Source of the DNA: Narcine bancroftii | Taxonomy: Eukaryota | NCBI RefSeq assembly: GCF_036971445.1 | Contig: NC_091471.1 | Span: 298,902,001 to 298,966,000 of the forward strand | Length of the DNA: 64,000 nucleotides | Direction of reading: 5' to 3' | Shown: positions 30,301-42,300 of the stretch, one piece after another | Layout: each line of letters begins with the position of its first letter | Position numbering within the stretch: the stretch's first letter is position 1 | Program-made: the position numbers and the translations under genes | The notes under the pieces: model-generated | What the model was told of the DNA's origin: nothing | Database searches by the model: none | What the model saw: the letters and a program-made list of their open reading frames with translations, nothing else

Positions 30301-33300
30301 TACAGAGACCACATCAGCGGCAGGCTCGTCAACTGTAGGCAGTTCAAGTTCAATAACAACAGAAATTACATCAGCTTCAACATCGACACCAATTGCAAGT
30401 ACGGGTAAGTCTACTAAAGAGGAACAGACATAAATTCAGGTTCTGTTTGTCTGATAAATGTGAAATAATGTGAATGATATCATCAAACAAGCATTTTCAT
30501 GATTTTCCAGACAATATCACAACAGTCTTGAAAAAGCGTAAAGTAGCGTGTAATATTGTTGATTGCTCATGAGCAGAAATGTTCGAGACGTCTTATCATG
30601 TCAATGTCATTTGTGCAAAAGGAATCTCAATCATTGAACTTTCTTTTACAATTCACTTTCACACTTCCAGAAACATCTGGAACCACATCAAGTACAGAGG
30701 AGATGACTGTGGCCCCCTCAACAACTGAAGTGATCTCAACATCGGCACAAACGTCAACTGCAGGCAGTTCAAGTTCATTAACAACTGAAGTTACATCGAC
30801 AACAACAGCAAGCACTGGTTAGTCTTCTTCAAAGAGGAAAACAGATAGCCTATCTTTCTCAAATAAATCTGAAATTATGTGGATGTTATCATCAAGCAAG
30901 GAATTTACTGAATTTCCAGATAATATCGCACAGGAATTGAAAAGAAAAATAAAGTACCAGGAAATATTGGCCATTCTTCAAACTCAGAAGATTACAAAAT
31001 GTATAAAAATTATATTATCGTATGTCAAAAAGCACTCATGACTTTAAACTTCTGTAACATGTCCCTTTCACACTTCCAGAAACAACTGGGACAACAAGTA
31101 CAGAGGCAACGACTGTGGCCACCACAACATCTACAGAGACCACATCAGCGGCAGGATCGTCAACTTTAGGCAGTTCAAGTGCAATTACAACAGAAATTAC
31201 ATCAGCTTCAACATCGACACCAACTGCAAGTACGGGTAAGTCTACTAAAGAGGAACAGACATAAATTCAGGTTCTGTTTGTCTGATAAATGTGAAATAAT
31301 GTGGAAGTTATCATCAAACAAGCATTTTCATGATTTTTCAGACAATATCACAACAGTCTTGAAAAAAGCATAAAGTAGCGTGTAATATTGTTGATTACTC
31401 ATGCGCAGAAATGTTAGAGACGTCTTATCATGTCAATTTATTTGTGGAAAAGGACTCCCAGTCTTTGAACTTTCTTAAACAATTCACTTTCACACTGACA
31501 GAAACATCTGGAACCACATCAAGTACAGAGGAGATGACTGTGGCCCCCTCAACAACTGAAGTGATCTCAACTACAGCGCAAACGTCAACTGCAGGCAGTT
31601 CAACTTCATTAACACCTGAAGATACATCGACAACAACTGCAAGCACTGGTTAGTGTTCTACAAAGAGGAAAAGACATAAATGTAGCATATATTTCGCCAA
31701 TATATCTGAAATTATTTGGATATTATCATCAAGCAAGGAATATACTGAATTTCCAGATAATATCGCACAGGAAATGAAAAGAAAAATGAAGTACCAGGAA
31801 AGATTGGTCATTCTTCAAACTCTGAAGATTACAAAATGTATAAAAATGATATTATTGTATTTCAAAAGCACTCATGGCGTTAAACTTCTGTAACATGTCC
31901 CTTTCACACTTCCAGAAACAACTGGGACAACAAGTACAGAGGCAACGACTGTGGCCACCACAGCATCTACAGAGACGACATCAGCGGCAGGATCGTCAAC
32001 TTTAGGCAGTTCAAGTGCAATAACAACTGAAATTACATCAGCTTCAACATCGACACCAACTGCAAGTACGGGTACGTCTACTAAAGAGGAACAGACATAA
32101 ATTCAGGTTCTCTTTGTCTGATAAATGTGAAATAATGTGGATGTTATCATCAAACAAGCATTTTCATGATTTTCCAGACAATATCACAACAGTCATGAAA
32201 AAAGCGTAAAGTAGCGTGAATTATTGTTCATTGCTCATGCGCAGAAATGTTCCAAATGTCTTTTCATGTCTATTTATTTGTGGAAAAGGACTCCCAGTCT
32301 TTGAACTTTCTTAAATAATTTATTTTCACACTTCCAGAAACATCTGGAACCACATCAAGTGCAGAGGTGATGACTGTTGCCCCCTCAACCACTGAAGTGA
32401 TCTCAGCTATGGCACAAACGTCAACTGCAGGCAGTTCAACTTCATTAACACCTGAAGTTACATCGACAACAACTGCAATCACCGGTTAGTCTTCTTCAAA
32501 ATGGAAAGGACATAAATGTAGCATATTTTTCGCCAATATATCTGAAATTATTTGGATGTTATCATCAAGTAAGGAATTTACTGAATTTCTAAATAATATC
32601 GCACAGGAATTGAAAAGAAAAATAAAGTACCAGAAAATATTGGCCATTCTTCAAAGTCAGAAAATTACAAAATGTATAAAAATGATATTATTGTATGTCA
32701 AAAAGCACTCATGACTTTAATCTCCTGTGACATGTCCCTTTCACACTTCCAGAAACAACTGGAACACCAAGTACAGAGGCAACGTTTGTGGCCACCACAA
32801 CATCTACAGAGACCACATCAGCGGCAGGCTCGTCAACTGTAGGCAGTTCAAGTTCAATAACAACAGAAATTACATCAGCTTCAACATCGACACCAATTGC
32901 AAGTACGGGTAAGTCTACTAAAGAGGAACAGACATAAATTCAGGTTCTGTTTGTCTGATAAATGTGAAATAATGTGAATGTTATCATCAAACAAGCATTT
33001 TCATGATTTTCCAGACAATATCACAACAGTCTTGAAAAAGCGTAAAGTAGCGTGTAATATTGTTGATTGCTCATGAGCAGAAATGTTCGAGACGTCTTAT
33101 CATGTCAATGTCATTTGTGCAAAAGGAATCTCAATCATTGAACTTTCTTTTACAATTCACTTTCACACTTCCAGAAACATCTGGAACCACATCAAGTACA
33201 GAGGAGATGACTGTGGCCCCCTCAACAACTGAAGTGATCTCAACATCGGCACAAACGTCAACTGCAGGCAGTTCAAGTTCATTAACAACTGAAGTTACAT

Positions 33301-36300
33301 CGACAACAACAGCAAGCACTGGTTAGTCTTCTTCAAAGAGGAAAACAGATAGCCTATCTTTCTCAAATAAATCTGAAATTATGTGGATGTTATCATCAAG
33401 CAAGGAATTTACTGAATTTCCAGATAATATCGCACAGGAATTGAAAAGAAAAATAAAGTACCAGGAAATATTGGCCATTCTTCAAACTCAGAAGATTACA
33501 AAATGTATAAAAATTATATTATCGTATGTCAAAAAGCACTCATGACTTTAAACTTCTGTAACATGTCCCTTTCACACTTCCAGAAACAACTGGGACAACA
33601 AGTACAGAGGCAACGACTGTGGCCACCACAACATCTACAGAGACCACATCAGCGGCAGGATCGTCAACTTTAGGCAGTTCAAGTGCAATTACAACAGAAA
33701 TTACATCAGCTTCAACATCGACACCAACTGCAAGTACGGGTAAGTCTACTAAAGAGGAACAGACATAAATTCAGGTTCTGTTTGTCTGATAAATGTGAAA
33801 TAATGTGGAAGTTATCATCAAACAAGCATTTTCATGATTTTTCAGACAATATCACAACAGTCTTGAAAAAAGCATAAAGTAGCGTAAAATATTGTTGATT
33901 GCTCATGCGCAGAACAATTATAGATGTATTATCATGTCAATGTCATTTGTGCAAAAGGAATCTCAATCTTTGAACTTTCTTTTACAATTCACTTTCACAC
34001 TTCCAGAAACATCTGGAACCACATCAAGTACAGAGGAGATGACTGTGGCCCCCTCAACAACTGAAGTGATCTCAACGACAGCGCATACGTCAACTGCAGG
34101 CAGTTCAACTTCATTAACACCTGAGGTTACATCGACAACAACTGCAAGCACCGGTTAGTCCAAGAGGAAAAGAGATAAATGTAGCATATCTTTCTCCAAT
34201 AAATCTGAAATTATTTGGATATTATCATCAAGCAAGGAATTTACTGAATTTCGAGATGATATCGCAAAGGAATTGAAAAGAAAAATAAAGTCCCATGAAA
34301 TATTGGTTATTCTTCAAACTAAGAAGATTACAAAACGTATAAACATGATATTATTGTATGTCAAAAAGCACTCATGACTTTAAACTTCTGTAACATGTCC
34401 CTTTCACACTCCCAGAAACAACTGGAACACCAAGTACAGAGGCAACGTTTGTGGCCACCACAACATCTACAGAGACCACATCAGCGGCAGGATCGTCAAC
34501 TTTAGGCAGTTCAAGTGCAATAACAACAGAAATTACATCAGCTTCAACATCGACACCAACTGCAAGTACGGGTAAGTCTACTAAAGAGGAACAGACATAA
34601 ATTCAGGTTCTGTTTGGCTGCATATGGAAAGTCACAAGGCCTCATTTTATTATTCAGCCTTAACACAAATCTCAGGTGATAAACTTCTGTTGCATCTTAA
34701 AAGAGGTTGGAAAATAGACCTGAGTGTGGTTTTTGAGATGGAAAAAACTTGTAAAAATAACAAAGTACTGTCAAGAGACCTGAGAGTGTGTCTAATTCAG
34801 TTTAAGATTTTGCACAATTTTTATTGGACCAGCAAGATTGGGGTTAAAAAAGACCCCTGAATGCTCATGTTGTGAAGCAGATAAAGGGGACTTAGTACAT
34901 GTGCTGAGGGCTTGCCCCAGAATTCAAGTATTTTGGATAATGATACGCAAGTATTTTGGTGAAGTTTCAGATCTTAAAATTCTATTTTGCACACTTGGGT
35001 TATTTGGGGATAAATAATCTCAAAACTGGATTCAGACAAGTATATGGTAGGCAGACAAATCATACTTCGAGGTTGGAAGATTTTTTTGGGGGATCATCAA
35101 TTCAGGAGTGGGCCTCAGAAATGGTCGAAGTGGCAGCGTTTGAACGCACGTCTTTCAAACAGTTTGATGAATTGGGCATCTCTATCCAAAGATGGGGCAA
35201 AGATCTAGGTTTCTGGGGGGGGGGTGGGTTCGATGTCAGGGGGACATCTGTGGGAATTGCCCCCAAAGTGAGGTGCTGTGCCACCCCATATGGTCACGTC
35301 TATTGCTCGCCATCAAACCCATCCTCACCCTCTGGCATCACTAGCGAGCACCCTTCCCCCCCAGCTAAGTAAATTTTGAGCTTTGCACTGTGCCCCCCCC
35401 CCAACATGTCACTGCTGGTGGTGGTTGATGTTGTGGTGAAGCATATTAATGAACGGCGGGCTTTTTTCTGTTATTAGAGGGCTAAAGAGAAACATATGGT
35501 TAATATATTGATTTTTTTTGCTGCCATGTTTGTTTCAATTTTATGGATAAGGTTATGTTTTGTTACATGACTATGATTTACATAAACTTTTACACTGACT
35601 CAAGAGTTTGGGGAAATTTTTTAAAGAATAAAATTTAAATCATAAAAAAACTGAAATAATTAAGATGTAATCGCATCACAAGCAATTAAAGTAGCTGATT
35701 TTCCCACCAAAATCACTCCAGATTTTCCCAAAAGAATAATCTTCCAGTAGCCATTGTTCATGAAGTGACACAGCATCGTTCAAAATATATTTTGATGAAC
35801 TAATTGTCTTCCAACATGAGATTGCATTGAAAGATCAATGCCATTGCTGCAAAAACACTCCTATCTTCAACACATTCACAACTGCAGAAACGCCTGAAGC
35901 ATCCACAAGTACAGAGGCAACCCCTGTACTGACCACAAGTGCAGCAGAAATCACAGCTGCAGGCAGTACGAGCGCTTCGACACCTAAAACTGCATCTGCT
36001 CCAACAAGTCAAATCATAATCAATGGTGAGAATTCTTGAAAGAGGAACAAGTTATAAATTCAATTAATTTAATGCACATTAAATCCGAAATAATTAAGAT
36101 GCAATCACCTTCAAAGCAATTAGCTGACTTTCCCACCAAAATGGCAGCAGATTTCACAGAAAGAATAATCTCCAGTGGCCATTGTTCATGAGGCTATACT
36201 GCATTATTCAAAATGCATTTTTATGAAATAATCATCTTCTAACATGTAATTGTACTGATAGATCAATACCATTTCTGAAATAACACTCACAATCTTCATG

Positions 36301-39300
36301 CCGTAACATGACACTTCCACACTTCCAGAAACAACTAAAGCATCAAGTACAGAGGCCCCCACTGCGGCAAAGACGACAACTGCACTGAAAACACTGGAAG
36401 CAGAAACAACTGCAGGCATTACCAGTGCTTTGACACCTGAAACTACATCAGCTCCAATTACACCTTCAACCTCTGGTGAGTATTCTGGAAAGAGTGATGA
36501 GATCATGTCCAATAAATATGAAATTATTTGGATGCAAAAATTCACAGGGAACTAGGATATTTTTCTACATAACTTGCATTGCATTTGATCACGAAAATCA
36601 TTTTGCAGTATCTGCTGTTCTAAATGACACTCAGATCATTCTAAAGTATTTTTAAAATTGTTGACTTTCGCAATGAAATTGCCACATCAAAGCATTTTCT
36701 GCATTTATTCTTCCAATTGTGTAACACTTCCTTCAACAAAACATCTCCACTGTTCTCAAAATAACTGAAGCATCAACAAATGCAGAAGCAACCTCCATTG
36801 CAACAACCACAACAGGTCAAACATCAACAACAGCTGAAGCAATAACTATAGGAATCACCAATGACCCATCACACTTGAAACTCCACCTACTTTCATGACC
36901 ACACCAGGTTCAACCATTGGAGAGTATTCTGGAATTTAATTTTTAATATAATTTTTTAATTTGGACATACAGTATGGTAACAGGCCATTTTGGCCCACGA
37001 GTCCATGGCGTCCAATTTACACCCAAATCACTGACAGAGGGAGGAAACCGGAGACCCTGGGGAAAATCCATGCAGACACGGGGAGACTGTACCAACTCCT
37101 TACAGATTGGGCGGGATTTGAACCGCGGTCTCAATCACTCGCACTGTAAAGGCTTTGTGCTAACTGCTATGCTAACTGTACCGTCCAAATATCAGGATAA
37201 TTTGGTTCATGGTCAATGAATCTGAAATAATTAAAATGCAAAATCTCAACAAGATATTCATTTGTTTGCAGCATGACTTACACTGAAATTGTCATCAAGT
37301 GTCATCTTTACATATCCATTATTTTTAAAAAAACTAATCAGCATTATTCAATAAGTATTTATAAATGTCTTGTACCATGAAATTGCCAATGTAGATCAAT
37401 GCATTTTCCACAGTCCACTTCCAATCTTTGCACTTCCTTCTAACTGATATCTTTGCTATTCTAGAAACAACTGAAGCATCATTAAGTACAGAGATGACCA
37501 GGGTTGCAACTATTACAATAGGACCTACATCAACAACAGCTGAAACAACAACTACAATTGCTTCCATAACAACAGCAGGTGCAAACATCAGTGAATATTG
37601 TACAACGGAGTAATGGGAAACAAAATAAATTATTTTGTCGAGATTAGTATAGAGTACTAATCCAACTGTGTCACAGCAACAATAGTCATTATTATCTGCC
37701 CATCATTCACCTTACCTTGTTTCTATCCCCTACTGTATATGCGAGGACGTTGGTCTGTTGAAATCATCCCAATGTTTATGCTTCTGCCATTACTTTACCA
37801 CTAAAAATTACTTCCAATATGCAGCCGGAGCTGAGACTTGGAAGTGCAGATTCACTGCAGTTAGATGTGTGTAAATTGGAGGAGTGGAGGTTCAGTACAG
37901 CTGGAATATAGACCAACATTATATTCACATAGTTATCAGTACATTTATAGGCAAAGTCTACCTTCCAGTTCCATGGTCATTGGTGTAACAATGTGAATTA
38001 ACTATTTTGTGCTGCAGAATTAACATCCATTTCAACACCACCCGTAACGGAAATCTCTTCCTCATCAATTCAAACATTTACAAATATACATGGATCAAGC
38101 TCATCAACAATAGCGACCACTAGCGAAGCATCCAGCCTAATAACAGGTGAAGAAAAAATTTCTGGAGAGATGTTACCATTACCTTGGTTTTTCTGCCTAG
38201 ACGCACATTTTTATTGCATCATTTAAAATTCTTATTTGAATTGCATTATTCCTTCAGTTTGCAAGTATATAGGTCAAGATCAAACCATGCTCCCTGGAGC
38301 TATGAAGCAAGGGCATTAATTGTACTTCATGATATCATTATGGGGGAATATGCCATATAATAATCCCAATAGATTTAAAGTGACAACTGATTCATTTGAA
38401 AGACTGAGTCTCATTTGTTTTGGGAAAGTGAACTGCAGTCTGCTGATCCAGACCATACACCCTGGGCCAGAAAGAAACAAGAATGCATAGTCTTTCTGTG
38501 GAAATTGAATGAATGTCTTATCGTGATATTTTGAAGGCTGGGCCACATTTATGAGGTGGGCATACTGACAATTTTGAATGAAATTAAATGGGGAAGTTTT
38601 GCACATTTCCAGTGAAGCCAAATACATTCTTGGGATTATAGGAAGATCTGACAAATTTACTGACCTTTTCGGAAAGTAAAAAGGAAGGTTCTTCTTTGGA
38701 TCTCCTTTAATTTTCATTATCCTTATTTGAACAAAGTTTTTAATTTAAACTTAATTTTATTTTGTATCTCTTTCTATTTTAGTGGAACCCCCGATTGTTC
38801 CTAAGACCGTCAAACCAATCGAAACTCAGAGAAAACTATTTAACATCACATTCAATGTGCTCACACTACCATTCACACCAAGTCTACAAAATCTGAGCTC
38901 CCCATTATATCAGAATGAAGCACGGAACGTCCTTAATGAGGTAAACCTAGTATGTATGATATGGATAGAAAATGTGATACTTCATTTTAAATTTTATACT
39001 AAAATGTGAAATTTTAATTTCCTACAGCTCAATAATCTGTATGCCAACAGCAATGTGAAATTGACATTCTCAAAATGTCAGACTGTGTCTTTCAGGTGAG
39101 TGATTATTATTTTGAATGTTCCAAATTTAGCAGTCTGTATTTTGAATATTATTATTCTCAAGCCACACTACCCTCTCTGCCACAGTCCTTATGAGATAAC
39201 TTCCTAAGTGCATTATCTTACTCAAGAATCGATTTATATCATGATTAATGCTGACAGCAGCCTCAGACAAACCCGGACATTCTGGATATAGACAGGTTTG

Positions 39301-42300
39301 GAAAGTCCAAATTTGTCAATTCACTCCAACATTCATCTCAATGTGGAGTTTATTGGAGCCAGTTTTGCTAAGAGATGCCAGTTTTTATGCTGGCCAGTAG
39401 TCTCCTAGATGCTGTAGAAGTTTAAACCTGGGACAGGACTTGAGAACCAGTTGATAACATTGGGAGTTGTAGGGCTAGAGAACAGGAAATGGGAAAAGTT
39501 TGTTATGATTCATTTAATGAACCATTTTCCATATTTAAAATATTATAATTTTTTTACAAATCATTTGCATTATTTTTCATTAATTTTAAATATCTTGGGA
39601 GAACACAAAAATACAGTTTTTACAGCCAGCATCACAACAGCCAGTACTGTCAGTTGCCGTGGTGCTTTGCAGACAGGGCTTGCTCACTGTGTCAGGTGAG
39701 GCCCCACCACCATTTGGACCAGGCTGACAAGAGTCCTGGGATTCCTCAGCCCAACCAGACCTGAGAAGAATGGAAGTGGGCAGATAACAGGCAGTGATGC
39801 CAGGCTAGTGGATTGGTTCACTAGTGGATTGGTCCAACAAGACCTGAACCACCATGTAATATCATCTTATTGGAGAAAAATAATCATACAGAAAATTGAA
39901 AGCATTGAAAATACTCAGCAGATTACCCAAAAGGTATAAAGAGAGAAACGATATCAACATTTCAGATAGATTACTGAATAAATGTTCAGTTGATTTTAGA
40001 AATCTATCCTTTGTATGATGTCTATAATAATATATCTTGATACCATTATCTGGTATTCAAATATTTGGTTTTGGTTTAAAAGTTTAAAACAAATTAACCA
40101 CTTGCTCTTTGTTCTTGACAGATCTGCCAGTGACGGTAATAGCACAGTTGAGGCAATATGTATTTTCAAAATTCCTGCTTTTGGCCAGGAAGTGAATAAA
40201 GTTCAACTCTATCGTGAATTTCAAAACAACTCAGAGGATATCACCATCTTGGGATCATATACATTGGACACCAACAGTCTTTTTGTGGATGGTATAGTCA
40301 CATTAATTAAATATCTATTTATTTATACACTGTTACCTATTGGTATTTTTCTTTTCATGTACGCCTCTCCCAAATTGTTATTCCCAATTATCACTCTTTT
40401 GCTTGTGATGGTCTCACCTGCTTGCTTCTCATTCCTGGTCTTCAGGGCTGCCATTTTTGTTTTGGTGCCTGTCCCTCCCGATCTGCTACTGTCTTTCTGC
40501 CTACCTCTCTTGTTCAGGAGCATGTCCCTCCCTGACTGCTGCCTGTCCCTCCCTGCCTGCTGCCTGACCCTTCCTGTGTGCTACCTCATTCATCGACTAC
40601 AGCTCAACCTTCAATACCATTATTTCCTCAGTGCTGGTCGAGGAACTATAAACACTGGGCTTCTGTACCCTACTCTGTAACTGGATCCTTGACTTTCTCA
40701 TCAGAGACCACAGCCCAGTACAAATTGGAAGCAATGTCTTCACACCTCCTACTCACTGATTATGAACACAGGCGCACCCCAAGGATGCATGCTTAGCCTG
40801 CTGCTCTACCCATGACTGTGTGGCCAGGCATAATTCCAATGCTATCTACGTTTGTCAAGGACACCACAGTTGTCAGAAGAATCACAAACAGCAATGAGGA
40901 AGCGTGCAGGAGGGAGAGCGATCAACTCATTGAGTGGTGTCACATGATCCATTCCTCATCGAAGGCTCAGTAGTGGAGAGGGTCAAGAACTTAAAATTCC
41001 TGGGTTTCAACGTCTCCAAGGATATGTCCTGGAGCCATGTTTTAAAAAAATATATTTTATTTATAATCAACACATGCGAAAATACAGTTTTCATATATCA
41101 CAATGTAACAGTCAATTAGACATGTTAATTTTATATAAAAAAGAAAGAAAAAAAGAAAAAAGTCCCACAGGAGTCATGAGGTTACATCTGTCTCTCACGG
41201 CATCACGTGATGAACCCCGAGCCTTCATGATGATGCAATCACAAAGAAGGCCCACCAGCAGCTATGCTTCGTGAGATTTGGTGTCACAGGTGTACTGTGA
41301 AGAGCATTCTGGCTGGTTGTATCACTGCCTGATATGAAAGCGCCAAATCTCAGGACAAGAATAAACTCCACAGGGTTGTTAACTCGACCTGTGACATCAT
41401 TGGGCATCAGACTCCACTCCATCAGGAATATCCACATGAGGCAGTCTTAAAAAAGCAACCTCTATCCTCAAAGACCCCCTACCATCCAGACCATTATCTC
41501 TTCACTCTGCTACTATTGGGAAAAGGTACAGGAGCCTAAAGATGAACAACAAGGACAGCTTCTTCCCCTCTGCCATCAGATGCTTCAGTATTCAGTGAAC
41601 AAAAGATACTGCTTGCAGTACTATTTTTAATTTTTTTATATATATTATTGTTGTAGATGGTTCATAATATGAATGTTTAAACTATGATGTTACCGCAAAA
41701 CACTTGTTCATTACAATAAGTTCTGAATCTGATTCCCTTGTTTGCTGCCTGTCCGTCCCTGTCTGCTGCCTATCTCTTCCCGTCTGTTGCCTGTCCCTCT
41801 TGTTCAAGTGTCTGTCCCTCTTATTCTGGAGCCTTTCCTTCCTGCCTGCAACCTGTCTTCTAAGGCTGAGCTGAAAATAAATTTCCTCTCTCAAACTTTT
41901 GAATTTTTTCCCTCTCATCTCCTATCATTGAATACATTGAAGAATTTGATTAATAGATACTTGAATACTACATGAATCAAGAAGAGAGTGATTAGGTAAA
42001 TAAATGGAGTTGACATGAATCATCAGACCATGGTTCAATAAGAATGGCAGCGGTTACTGAAAAGGCTCAGCCATTCCTTTCATTGCCGCTGGATCAGTTG
42101 ACTTCTCTCTGACTCTGATATCTCATGCTTGTTTAGTCCAGACCTGTTGCCAGATATTCATACCAGAGTTGCTATCTCTGCTTTTCTATTGCTCCCTTGA
42201 CCTTGAGTACATGTGAATCTGGCAACATTCTCCGCATCAAATTCATAATTAATTGCTACTTATTGAAAAACAGTTTAATGAACTTAAGTCATGCTTTTCA

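Larger units (their letters stand above)
231..34571 (+). repeat. Tandem array of ~835 bp exon-intron units (42 type-A exons, 41 type-B exons)
   Basis: Exon A starts recur at 231, 1067, ~1900 ... 34416. Unit = exon A 156 nt + intron ~265 nt + exon B 147 nt + intron ~268 nt. The ORF track repeats with the same period. Confidence 0.97.

Noticed and set aside
187-34151. Dozens of Val-rich minus-strand ORFs
   Set aside because: Antisense shadows of the Thr/Ser codons of the + strand exons; splice signals support only the + strand.
266-34158. Tandem family of small single-exon genes (MATTTS..., MLETSY...)
   Set aside because: The ORFs cross AG/GT boundaries and their non-PTS parts are broken by intronic indels and stops; they are exons plus intron read-through.
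231-34571. CRISPR array or non-coding satellite
   Set aside because: No unique spacers, units are 835 bp, and frame and splice sites are preserved.
37090-37186. tRNA gene
   Set aside because: The A/B boxes belong to a SINE head; no complete cloverleaf is evident.
40015-40680. 221 aa ORF with a hydrophobic, TM-like tail
   Set aside because: Only 40122-40291 is the SEA exon; the tail is pyrimidine-rich intron, is not conserved in the other modules, and further SEA modules follow.
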